Positions 19,548 through 28,961 of a DNA stretch of 62,062 nucleotides are shown here, piece by piece (the stretch's first letter is position 1; every line of letters starts with the position of its first letter). This DNA is from a virus (taxonomy: Duplodnaviria; Caudoviricetes): positions 1 to 62,062 of the IMG/VR virus record IMGVR_UViG_3300010354_000091. One strand, 5' to 3'. The notes under the pieces were generated by a model that saw only the letters and a program-made list of their open reading frames with translations, made no database searches and was not told where the DNA came from. The position numbers and the translations under genes were made by a program.

Positions 19548-21125
19548 TTAACCTCCTAATGCGAGAATGAATGGTGTGACATTTGCAAATAAACTCTTGG
19601 AATAGAAATTTCCAGAGATTGTTCCTGTTTGTTGATTAATCACAACACCGTCACCAATTCTAAAGTTTCCTGATTGATCGGTGCTTGTATAAACAATCAA
19701 TCCACCATTACGAGCATCAGTTTCATTTTCTTGAATCGGAACTCCACCAGTTTGTGGTAGAGCAGTGGCAATATTTGTTCCAGATCCGATGTATTCAAAA
19801 GAATGTCCTGAAGCAAGAATTCTGCTTTGTCTAAAGATAGGAACTGTTGTCCCTACTCCAACAGCATATGGAAGTTGCTCATTAATTGTTATTGTTGAAA
19901 TTCCAGATGAAGGTGCAGTTGCACTTTCAATGGAATAATATTTTGGTTTTATTGTAACTGCTGCAGTTGCCGTGTTGATACCAACATCTGGAGCAGCAAT
20001 TGTTATAGTTGGTGCCGAAGTATATCCTCTTCCATTAGAAACAATGGTTAGTTCTGTAACAGAACCATTTTCTACCGTTGCAACCACTTGGGCTGGTATA
20101 CCCCAAGAAGTTGGTGGACCACTGACTGTAACTGTTGGTTGGTTTGTATATCCAGTTCCACCTGCACTTACGGTCACAGAATCTATTTCATAATAAAGTT
20201 GATCAAAATAAACTACCTGACCGTCATATGGTCTATTTGTCCCAACACCAGAAATTGTAAAAATTGTTGATCCAGCTTCAGCTGCTGAAGTAATAATTCC
20301 AGTATACTTGACTTGACTTACACCATCAGAAACTAATCCATAATCACCAAAAGAAGAATTGCTGTTGGTTAAATCACATGCTCCTCCAGAACCACAATAA
20401 ACTGCTGTATCGCAACAAATAGTAAATAAAGAAACTAACTGTGCGTATCCTTCATTTGTAATTGAAACTCCAATTCCATTTGGATTGTATTGTGTATAAG
20501 AATCTAAAACCATACTTTTTGTATCACCAGAAGCATGGTTTCCATCTACCTTCATTCCTATACTATCTGGAATAAAATTGGTACAATTTTGGATGTATGG
20601 TGATTGATTAATTACTCCTGCTCCAGATGGATTGAATGCAAATATTGCCCCTCCAGTATTAGCCACTCCAGTAAATGACATTTCTGCTACATAGTTTCCA
20701 TTGCTGACATAAAAAAGATCACCAGGATTTTGGCACTGAACAGAAACTTCTCTTAGACTATTGCCAATAATTGATACTTGTTCTGGTATTGATAATGGAT
20801 TATTTTCTACATAAGTCCCAGCACTAACTTTAATAACAGTTCCTGCTGTTGCTGTTGTGAGTGCTGCTCCGATTGTTCTTTTTGCGTCTCCAAGTTTTTT
20901 TCCTGTATTTGTATCGCTTCCGTCTGGTGTGACATAAAGAACATTAGTAACTGTTGCTCCAGCACCGAGTCTTACAATATCAGTGCCAATACCTGTTCTA
21001 TCTCTACGAGCAAATAACTCTGCATCATATGTATTGAGTCCAAGTTCCCCCAACAATAAGTCATTTAATGTTGGTACTTTTCCAGGAACCGCCGACCGTT
21101 TAATTCTAATATTTGGATCTGCCAT
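19548..21125 (-). CDS. Fibre/spike-like structural protein with a probable beta-helix region
   Basis: IRIKRS...GELGLN N-terminus; LYV..DGSD.N.G, SPYIQNCT and STDQSGNFRIG motifs. Confidence 0.75.
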   Translation of the reverse strand: MADPNIRIKRSAVPGKVPTLNDLLLGELGLNTYDAELFARRDRTGIGTDIVRLGAGATVTNVLYVTPDGSDTNTGKKLGDAKRTIGAALTTATAGTVIKVSAGTYVENNPLSIPEQVSIIGNSLREVSVQCQNPGDLFYVSNGNYVAEMSFTGVANTGGAIFAFNPSGAGVINQSPYIQNCTNFIPDSIGMKVDGNHASGDTKSMVLDSYTQYNPNGIGVSITNEGYAQLVSLFTICCDTAVYCGSGGACDLTNSNSSFGDYGLVSDGVSQVKYTGIITSAAEAGSTIFTISGVGTNRPYDGQVVYFDQLYYEIDSVTVSAGGTGYTNQPTVTVSGPPTSWGIPAQVVATVENGSVTELTIVSNGRGYTSAPTITIAAPDVGINTATAAVTIKPKYYSIESATAPSSGISTITINEQLPYAVGVGTTVPIFRQSRILASGHSFEYIGSGTNIATALPQTGGVPIQENETDARNGGLIVYTSTDQSGNFRIGDGVVINQQTGTISGNFYSKSLFANVTPFILALGG

Positions 21126-21187
21126 TCAATCCTCTCATTTTTGGTATATACCATAAGAACCGAATATATATTCGGTGTTTTTATTAT

Positions 21188-21376
21188 TTATGAAAAGTTT
21201 TCTTCAGTCTTTAAATTTTTCTTTGATCTTTTTAACTTTTCAATTTCTTGGTTTAAAATTTCAACAACACTGTTTAATTTTTCAACTTGAGTCTCCAAAA
21301 CAATATTTTGATTATATAACTCAAATGCTTTTTGTTGATATTTTGAAAGAATAGATTTTAAATCGTCTTCATTCAT
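21188..21376 (-). CDS. Small coiled-coil protein
   Basis: 62 aa with a heptad pattern. Confidence 0.7.
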   Translation of the reverse strand: MNEDDLKSILSKYQQKAFELYNQNIVLETQVEKLNSVVEILNQEIEKLKRSKKNLKTEENFS

Positions 21377-21402
21377 AAAAAAGGGGGAGATAAACTCCCC
21401 CT
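21377..21402 (-). terminator. Intrinsic terminator-like hairpin
   Basis: AGGGGGAG-TTTAT-CTCCCCCT followed by TTTTT. Confidence 0.7.
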
Positions 21403-21425
21403 ATTTAGATATTAATTTTTTAACC

Positions 21426-24047
21426 TCAAAAAGTTCCACCATCAATGGTTATATTTTCTAATTTTCTTGTAGATCCACTGCAAGAAATAACTTGCGATTG
21501 TCCAGCACAGTCATTTACCCATAGACTTCCAATTTCAATTGGTGCATAATTTGAAACGGTAATTTGTGGACTGTCATTATCAGTTCCACCACCATCAGTT
21601 ACTTGAGAACCAAACTTAAATCTACCATCAGCATGTTCCCAAATGACACCAGACTTTTTCGCACCTGATGAATTGTAATTGAAGAGAACTCCCAAATCCC
21701 AAGTGGTTGCAGATGAAGGAGCAGCACCATCAACTTGTCCAAGTTCAATTGTTCTGTCCTCTACAGTTATAGAGGAAGTATTGACTTGAGTTGTTGAACC
21801 ATTAACATAAAGATTTCCACTAACAGTAAGATTCTGTGCTGCTGTAATATTTCCAGAAGCATCAATTGTAGCTGCATTTGTGCTATTAGAATGCTGAATA
21901 GTAGCAGTTCTAATTGTTGGTACACTCAGTGCAGTTCCAACAATGACTGTATTTGGAAGTCCAACGGTGATTGTTTGACCAGACGCAGAAGTCTCAATTT
22001 CACCAGCAGTACCAGCAACCGTCAGTGTTTGTGAAGTTGAAACAGTACCAGTTCCAGTATCACCAGCAACTCCTATATCAGCAGCATCAATATAAGCCTT
22101 AACTGCTGCTTGAGTTGGTAAGTAATTATTGCTATTTTCGGCAAGGGATGTACTTGATGAAATAGCGGTAATTGCAATTCCAGGTGTTCCGTTAAGTTTT
22201 AGAGTGCCGGTAGTTGTAATTCCAGTAACTCTAACATCTCTTGCAAAGGTCGCATCAAGGTCGTCAAGAGTAATCAGTGTAGTAGCATTATTTGAACTTC
22301 TAATTTGATTTACAACTGCCTTTGCTTGGAACGATACATCACCATTGCTGTAAAGATATAATGCATTAGAACCTCCACCTGCTCTGATAAAAGCATTAAC
22401 TTGGTTTATATCACCAACACTTAAAATACTACTGACGCCAACATTACCATTAGCAGGATTAACCGATAGTCCAATACCAACTCTAAGTGTTTCTCCAGTT
22501 TGACCAGCAATTGTATCAACAAATGGAACGAAGTAATTTTGATTTGTTGATGTTGCTGTAGTATCAACTGTTGTTGCTCTTGTTGCAGTTGATGCAGTTC
22601 CGGTTAGAGTTCCGTTAATTGTTACATTACCAGTAAAAGATGCATTTTGTGTGGTGAATGTATTGGTTCCTGGGTTATAGTAAATACCATCATCAGTGTA
22701 GACTGTTTCGTTAGTTGCGGAACCGTTATTTGCGTCAACAAAGGTTAAATGATAAGTTGCATTAGCATCTGATGCTGTTACTGTCTTAACTTGATCTGAT
22801 GATGATGCATTGCCAATTAAAGATCCGACAAAACTTGTAGCAGTGATGCTATTATCGGTTGCTGTGATACCAGTTCCAACAGCAAAACGAACACCGTTTG
22901 CCATTGTTGTGGTTCCAATGGCCACACCATAGTTAAACGCAAATGCATCTGTGCTAAATCCAAGAGTTCCACTCTTGAACCACATCATTTGTTTGTATGT
23001 ATTTGGAAGTGTATTAATTCCAGATACATTAAAGTTTATTAATGGTGATCCAACTGTAGATGCAATTGCAACACCAGCGTGATTAGCTGTATCATCATTT
23101 GAAATATCTGTATTTGTAACACTTGTAGTATAACCAAGAACAATATCTTTGTTCTTGATGAACACTTCTTCACCTGTTAAAAGTAAAGTTGTACCACCAA
23201 TCGTAACATTGCCGGTAACATTTAGGTTATTTTGAATATTAACTGCATCATCAATAATTGTATTTCCACCCGCAGAATTGAGGGTTAAGTTTCCAGAAAC
23301 AGTATCAATAACATTTGATCCATTAATACCAATTTGAACTCCATCAATTACTGCACCAGTTGAAGCAGTTACAATTCCAGAAAACTGAGCATTTCTCCAT
23401 CCTTTTCCACTAATGCCCAAATCATAAGTATTATCAGCATTTGGCACTAGATTGGAAACAAATTCACCAGCAACATTAATATCATCTGTATTGCCATCAC
23501 CTAAATTAATTGTTCCACCTTTAAATGTAACTACACCAACAAATTCAGAAAATCCTTGAACATTAAGATTACCACCAACAGTTACATTTTTATTAACACC
23601 AAGTCCACCATCAATTTGAACTGCACCAGTATTTGCATCACCAAAAGTATTATCAGTAGTATCTATAAAAGTTACAATACCAGCAAAACTACTTTGACTT
23701 ACTGCTGCCCAAGATAAAGTTCCGTCTGCCCCTGTTTTTAAATAGTAATCAGCAGTAGGAGTTGCTGGAAATGTATATGTTGTAATTCCAGAAAGATTAT
23801 CTGGTGCTTTTAATGTAATATAATCAGAACCAGTACTAGTTCCCTCAACTAAGTTTACACCACTACCTTTCGTTGATGTTTCTTTTGACCAATATCTATG
23901 AGAACCAAAAAATTTATTTGTTGAAGTTTCTGAAGTTAAACCAATATAAAAGTCATAACTATCAGTTGTAAATCCGGGTTCACCAGCCTGAAGACCAGGT
24001 AAATTTGCAAGAAGGCCCCTCTTGAACTGAATTACTGGTGAAGCCAT
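21426..24047 (-). CDS. Long tail-fibre-like protein
   Basis: 873 aa; IQFKRG...LQAGEPGF N-terminus; T/G/N-rich; ends IDGGTF. Confidence 0.8.
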   Translation of the reverse strand: MASPVIQFKRGLLANLPGLQAGEPGFTTDSYDFYIGLTSETSTNKFFGSHRYWSKETSTKGSGVNLVEGTSTGSDYITLKAPDNLSGITTYTFPATPTADYYLKTGADGTLSWAAVSQSSFAGIVTFIDTTDNTFGDANTGAVQIDGGLGVNKNVTVGGNLNVQGFSEFVGVVTFKGGTINLGDGNTDDINVAGEFVSNLVPNADNTYDLGISGKGWRNAQFSGIVTASTGAVIDGVQIGINGSNVIDTVSGNLTLNSAGGNTIIDDAVNIQNNLNVTGNVTIGGTTLLLTGEEVFIKNKDIVLGYTTSVTNTDISNDDTANHAGVAIASTVGSPLINFNVSGINTLPNTYKQMMWFKSGTLGFSTDAFAFNYGVAIGTTTMANGVRFAVGTGITATDNSITATSFVGSLIGNASSSDQVKTVTASDANATYHLTFVDANNGSATNETVYTDDGIYYNPGTNTFTTQNASFTGNVTINGTLTGTASTATRATTVDTTATSTNQNYFVPFVDTIAGQTGETLRVGIGLSVNPANGNVGVSSILSVGDINQVNAFIRAGGGSNALYLYSNGDVSFQAKAVVNQIRSSNNATTLITLDDLDATFARDVRVTGITTTGTLKLNGTPGIAITAISSSTSLAENSNNYLPTQAAVKAYIDAADIGVAGDTGTGTVSTSQTLTVAGTAGEIETSASGQTITVGLPNTVIVGTALSVPTIRTATIQHSNSTNAATIDASGNITAAQNLTVSGNLYVNGSTTQVNTSSITVEDRTIELGQVDGAAPSSATTWDLGVLFNYNSSGAKKSGVIWEHADGRFKFGSQVTDGGGTDNDSPQITVSNYAPIEIGSLWVNDCAGQSQVISCSGSTRKLENITIDGGTF

Positions 24048-24087
24048 TTTCTTATACTATTAGTAATATTCTTACTAATATTTAGTT

Positions 24088-24321
24088 CTAAAAACTTCCA
24101 CCATCAACACTTTTAAGTAAAATATTATTTGGATCTACTTCTTCTGCCACTAGATCAACAAAAGAATTTGGGGTATTTGTCGAAAATCCTAAAAGAACAT
24201 CAATATTAATAGATTCAAATTTGTTTGTTGTTGAATTGTATCTGATTAAATTTTTGTTTTTAGAATTATCTAAAGTTCCCAAATTTACATCTTTTAAATC
24301 CCTTATTCTAGATGCCATCAA
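24088..24321 (-). CDS. Small structural protein ending DGGSF
   Basis: 77 aa; paralogue of 24318-24638. Confidence 0.7.
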   Translation of the reverse strand: MMASRIRDLKDVNLGTLDNSKNKNLIRYNSTTNKFESINIDVLLGFSTNTPNSFVDLVAEEVDPNNILLKSVDGGSF

Positions 24322-24638
24322 AAAGATCCTCCATCTACTGAGTCTAATTGAACTGCTCCTAAATCAAGTTCATTTTCTAAGACATCAATAAAGTCGTTTG
24401 GAAGATCATTATCTTCTGCAGAAACTGATAACAATTGATCTGCAGAGATCAAAACAAATTCATCCGTAGCAGAATCATAAGAGACTATCAATCCATCTTT
24501 TGATGAGTTGAGTGTTCCAAAATTAGTATCACTAAGTTCTGACAAAAGATTTGCTTGACGAAGAGATTGAACTTCTTTCTTAGTTTCTTGCTTTTTTTTA
24601 ATTGTAGTTCTTGATGATGCTTTTCTGACTACAGACAT
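24318..24638 (-). CDS. Small structural protein ending DGGSF
   Basis: 106 aa; shares D.N.GTL..SK...Y.S.T..F...PN.F.D...SVDGGSF with the neighbouring gene. Confidence 0.7.
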   Translation of the reverse strand: MSVVRKASSRTTIKKKQETKKEVQSLRQANLLSELSDTNFGTLNSSKDGLIVSYDSATDEFVLISADQLLSVSAEDNDLPNDFIDVLENELDLGAVQLDSVDGGSF

Positions 24639-24642
24639 TGTT

Positions 24643-24978
24643 TTAAGTGGTAATTCCTGCAGTTACAATTGCCATTCCTTCAACCAATCTTGATACTGCA
24701 CCAGAAGGAGATGTTAATCTAACATCATAATAATATCTACCTGGATTTAATCCAACTGTTACTCCCGATGTCATTGCAATACCAACTTCACCAATTCCAC
24801 TTGTGATCGTCACAGTGAAAGAAGTTGAATTAGTTGCTCCAGGATGTTTTTTTAATTTTGCTAATCCAGTATACCCAGTTAAATTTGAAAGAGATCCATC
24901 AGATTCTGTAGAAACAAAAGTTTCGGAGAAATCGGAACCTTGAGGTATGGTAATGTTTAAAACTGGATTTGCTGCCAT
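24643..24978 (-). CDS. Small Ig-like virion protein
   Basis: NITIPQGSDF...LTGYT...GRYYYDV...RLVEG pattern. Confidence 0.75.
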   Translation of the reverse strand: MAANPVLNITIPQGSDFSETFVSTESDGSLSNLTGYTGLAKLKKHPGATNSTSFTVTITSGIGEVGIAMTSGVTVGLNPGRYYYDVRLTSPSGAVSRLVEGMAIVTAGITT

Positions 24979-24997
24979 CTTTTTTTAACTATTTATT

Positions 24998-25432
24998 TTA
25001 TGAGGTTTTATGATTTTTAAGTAGTTTTGCCAATTCTGCTGTAGATCCAACAAATAAAGCATTAGTTACATTTGTTGGACCTTTTGATGACTTACTTTCA
25101 TCAATATCTTTTAATTTTTTCTGAAGATCTAATAGTTTATCTGTTGCATCAGCAACATTCTTTATCAATTGACCTGCTACTTCATAAGCTCTTGGTTGAT
25201 CTGTTTCTTGAGCTAACTCTAAAATAGAATTTATAGCCTCTTGTCCCTTTTCTATTAAAGAATATAAATTTCCTCTAGTATATTCATAATCTTTAGATAT
25301 ATCATCAGTAGATTTTTTTATTTCTAAATTAGTTGGCGAAACTTCAGTTATTTCACTAACCTCATTTTCAACATCAGACCTTTCAATATCAAATGTCTCA
25401 TCTAAACTTTTAAATTTATCTTTCATAATCAT
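24998..25432 (-). CDS. g16: Terminase small subunit
   Basis: DYEYTRGNLY, PRAYEVAGQLIK and NALFVGSTAEL motifs; follows g15. Confidence 0.92.
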   Translation of the reverse strand: MIMKDKFKSLDETFDIERSDVENEVSEITEVSPTNLEIKKSTDDISKDYEYTRGNLYSLIEKGQEAINSILELAQETDQPRAYEVAGQLIKNVADATDKLLDLQKKLKDIDESKSSKGPTNVTNALFVGSTAELAKLLKNHKTS

Positions 25433-26454
25433 AAATCAGTATTTTGTGAAGGACTATATTCTTTAAAATCTTGGAAGAATGTATATTCATCATTGAAACC
25501 AAAATCATCACCAAAATCAATCAGAGAATCGTCAGAAGCAGTAACTAAATTGACAGGAGTTCCAGCAACATGACCTTCAATTCCAGTGTTTTCATATCCC
25601 CTTTCAACAACTAATTTATTTCCATCTTTAGATTCTACATACATTAATTCACTATCTAAGTATATTCTAGATCCTGAAGAAATTGTTGTTGCGTCACCCA
25701 CAGTAATGTACTTTGTAGTTTGATCAATATCGTCGGCAAGAGAAGTTGTCCTGTCATTATTATAATCTTTAATTGCTTGTGGAGTGACGGTGTAACGCAT
25801 CTCTCTTTTTCTGGTTTCAACACCAGACATATAATCCAACGTAACTTTTTTGATAATTCCGGAAGAAGATGATGGAACAGGACCAAACAAATATGTTTTT
25901 GCAGTAAATCTAAGGGTATAAATTAAGGATCTTCTTTTTGTATAATCACCCTCATAATCATCAGTAAAAGAAATATTATCCAAAATTATTGGAATATCTT
26001 TTTTTTCATTTATTGGTTCAACCAAATTAACTGTTAAATTATAGTTTGGTTGAAAATATGGTAAAATTTGCTCAACAATTTGTAACGCATCATCATTAAG
26101 TTTTGTAAGTATGTTGAGTTCAAATTGCATGTTGTATGGAACTGGCATATAAACTTTTTTACCAGTATTCGTAACAAAAGTTTGAGTTGTTGAAACTTTT
26201 CTAGAAGCATCATAACTTAACCCAATGAACTCAAATGACATTCTTGGTAAAGTTATTTTTACCGGTTTCAGAGCAGTTGGGTCTTGTTCAATTCTTGCTA
26301 AAAACTTTTGAATTGGACCATAAGCTAAAGGAACTTTAATAATACTGACAGTCTCATCAGAATTATTTGTATGATGTATTTCAATATTATTAAAAATATT
26401 ACCAAATGCTATAATTGTTTTTCTTAAAATTTCGTGATAAAAATAACCAAACAT
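25429..26454 (-). CDS. g15: Tail terminator / sheath stabiliser
   Basis: YFYHEILRK, VPLAYGP, LPRMSFE and EQILPYFQP motifs. Confidence 0.93.
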   Translation of the reverse strand: MFGYFYHEILRKTIIAFGNIFNNIEIHHTNNSDETVSIIKVPLAYGPIQKFLARIEQDPTALKPVKITLPRMSFEFIGLSYDASRKVSTTQTFVTNTGKKVYMPVPYNMQFELNILTKLNDDALQIVEQILPYFQPNYNLTVNLVEPINEKKDIPIILDNISFTDDYEGDYTKRRSLIYTLRFTAKTYLFGPVPSSSSGIIKKVTLDYMSGVETRKREMRYTVTPQAIKDYNNDRTTSLADDIDQTTKYITVGDATTISSGSRIYLDSELMYVESKDGNKLVVERGYENTGIEGHVAGTPVNLVTASDDSLIDFGDDFGFNDEYTFFQDFKEYSPSQNTDL

Positions 26455-26486
26455 TTTTGTATAACCCTTTACTTATATTTAACTAA

Positions 26487-27866
26487 TTAAACTTCTCCGA
26501 AAGGATTTCTTTCACTGAAGTCGGTTATTGCATCTCCTTCTGTTTCCAAAATATCATTCTGAGCATATGGATCAATTAAATTATCTGTAGTAATTGATCT
26601 AATAGTATAAACTGCAGAGGAAGCTAGTCCAGTTATAGATTCACCAATTGCAAATGATCCGTCTATTATTGCAACTTCAAGTTTTTTAGTAGATGCTGTC
26701 CAATTTCTGACTTGTGCTGTGGTTGAAGTTGCGGATCCAATAACAGTTTCGTTATATTTATATGCTCCAGATCCAATTAAAGGTGGACTTGAAATTGTTA
26801 TTATTGGAGTATTTGTGTATCCAATTCCGGAATTTGTAATTCTTATTTCAGAAATAGTTCCAGCAGCAGAGACCACAGCAATTCCTGTTGCTGTAACTGC
26901 ATATGAAACATTTGATGGTGTTGAGAACGTAACAGATGGTGACGATGTGTAACTGCTTCCACCATTTGTTATAGTTATTATCCCAACAGAAGCAGCAGAT
27001 GTTGCTATTCCAACAATTGCTTCTGCTCCATTTCCTCCACCACCAATAAAGTAAATCTGAGGTGATTCTGTATACCCATAACCGGGATTCGTTATCAGAA
27101 CTCTATCTATTGAATATGCAGTAGTTAATCCTGATCTTGATGTCATGATTGCAACTGCAGTTGCTGTCACACCAACTCCAGGTGAGGATATGGAGACTCT
27201 TGGTGCTGAAGTGTAACCCTGTCCATCATTTATTAAGGTAATTTTTTGAACTCCACCAGTGACTTGTGAAGTTATTGCAGATGCCGTAGATCCAATTCCA
27301 GATAAAACAAGTGTTGCAATATAACCTTGATCTTTGATAATTTCATCAACTTCTGATATACCAGTGTCAATATCTTCATCCTCATATTCAAATAGTTCAC
27401 ATCTCAATTCATAAACATAATTTTTACCCAATTGGTAGAAAGGTTTTTCCCTTTCCACAAATTTCACTTCAAATAATTTATCACCCAGTGGAAAAAATAT
27501 TAAATCACCCTCATTAGGTCTTAAAGAAGACTTGATATTATTTTGATCCTTTATTAAATCTCTAATGTATAAGTCAAATCTTTCTGCAGATACTATCAAA
27601 GTAAGTTCATCAGAAACTGTAACTCCAAATTTTGTTAGTATATCTGTGTTTTCTGCATATCCTTCATAATTAGCAACATATGCTTCTAAAGGATATGCAT
27701 TATCAAAGTTTGATTGTATAACTTCTTTGATAATTGTTTTTTCTGTAATATATTTTCTTGGCAGGTAATATATTTCAACACCGAACATTCTCAAATGTTC
27801 ATTGATTAAATCTTGTATTAATCCTTGCTCTCCTTGAGAACCTTGTAGAAAAAATGGATTTAGCAT
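26487..27866 (-). CDS. g14: Neck protein with extra repeat insertion
   Basis: MLNPFF...RPNEGDLIF...PFYQLGK...FSERNPFG. Confidence 0.92.
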   Translation of the reverse strand: MLNPFFLQGSQGEQGLIQDLINEHLRMFGVEIYYLPRKYITEKTIIKEVIQSNFDNAYPLEAYVANYEGYAENTDILTKFGVTVSDELTLIVSAERFDLYIRDLIKDQNNIKSSLRPNEGDLIFFPLGDKLFEVKFVEREKPFYQLGKNYVYELRCELFEYEDEDIDTGISEVDEIIKDQGYIATLVLSGIGSTASAITSQVTGGVQKITLINDGQGYTSAPRVSISSPGVGVTATAVAIMTSRSGLTTAYSIDRVLITNPGYGYTESPQIYFIGGGGNGAEAIVGIATSAASVGIITITNGGSSYTSSPSVTFSTPSNVSYAVTATGIAVVSAAGTISEIRITNSGIGYTNTPIITISSPPLIGSGAYKYNETVIGSATSTTAQVRNWTASTKKLEVAIIDGSFAIGESITGLASSAVYTIRSITTDNLIDPYAQNDILETEGDAITDFSERNPFGEV

Positions 27867-28708
27867 TATCCAATCATATCAAGTGGAGGTAGTTCAAATT
27901 CTGTCATCATGCGTTTTTTAATATCTTCTAATTCATTTACAGCATCTTCATATATTTCTCTACCGTTAAGCTCAACTCCTCCCGGCAACTTAACACCTCT
28001 AAATTTGATTAAATTTTGACCCCATTGCTTTTTAATTAATGAAGTTAGGTATGGTTTCAAGAATGAATCATTCCAAACTCTAGGTGCATCTGCAGGATCC
28101 AATACCCTATAACAATCAATAATTAAATATTGTCCAGCATTAATTGAAGACCAATCCATATCAATATAAAGTCTATCCTGTCTCTTATTAAATCTTATCA
28201 TTTTTTCTGGATTTAAAAGCCAACTAATATCTTCAAGATATCTCTTAACCATCGTATATGACAAGAGTTCAATAGTGTTGAAATAATAAACATCATTCAA
28301 CATTAATTGATACTGGATATTAAACATCCCCTGAGAAATAGTATTATTTCCATCAACTTTGAAAATTTTATTTACACCGATAACTGTTGGTGGAATTTGA
28401 ATATAATTTGAATTTTCTTCAAAAGAAAATGTTGTAGCTGCTCCAACAATTGTTGATTGTGCTGATGTTGTTGTAATACCGGACGAAGTTTTTGCTTTTG
28501 CTCTTCCTCTATCAATATCCTCTTGAGTTACTTTGTATTTTAAATACATGTGCATTACACCATCAAAATGCCTTTCTTGAAAGTATTGAACGGCGTCATC
28601 AACTAAATCTTCTATTTGCTCATCTGCAACATTAATTTCTAAAACTGGATATCCCAGTTTTCTTTTGCAATAATCTATCAGTTCTTGCCTGGTTGCTGGT
28701 TGAGCCAT
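27866..28708 (-). CDS. g13: Neck protein
   Basis: DYCKRKLGYPVLEINV and KQWGQNLIKFRGVKLPGGVELNG motifs. Confidence 0.94.
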   Translation of the reverse strand: MAQPATRQELIDYCKRKLGYPVLEINVADEQIEDLVDDAVQYFQERHFDGVMHMYLKYKVTQEDIDRGRAKAKTSSGITTTSAQSTIVGAATTFSFEENSNYIQIPPTVIGVNKIFKVDGNNTISQGMFNIQYQLMLNDVYYFNTIELLSYTMVKRYLEDISWLLNPEKMIRFNKRQDRLYIDMDWSSINAGQYLIIDCYRVLDPADAPRVWNDSFLKPYLTSLIKKQWGQNLIKFRGVKLPGGVELNGREIYEDAVNELEDIKKRMMTEFELPPLDMIG

Positions 28709-28735
28709 TATGATACTAAACCCTTATATTCATAT

Positions 28736-28960
28736 TTATAATTTATTTGATAATCCAATAATAAGATCTTTCAATTCACTGATATCATTTTTTAGAGAAA
28801 TGATATCATTTTCCATAGAAGTCATTTTGTTTTTTTGTTCTTCTTTTTCTTTCAGTGATTGCATATACTGCCGATACCCATTTGTATCTTTGTTTATAAT
28901 CGCATTTGAATTCACATCCCTATAAAGGTTTGCTTTTCCTTCTACTGGTAAAAAAGTCAT
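28736..28960 (-). CDS. Small conserved protein upstream of g13
   Basis: 74 aa: VEG..NLYRD..SNAIIN followed by a coiled coil. Confidence 0.75.
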   Translation of the reverse strand: MTFLPVEGKANLYRDVNSNAIINKDTNGYRQYMQSLKEKEEQKNKMTSMENDIISLKNDISELKDLIIGLSNKL

Positions 28961-28961
28961 A

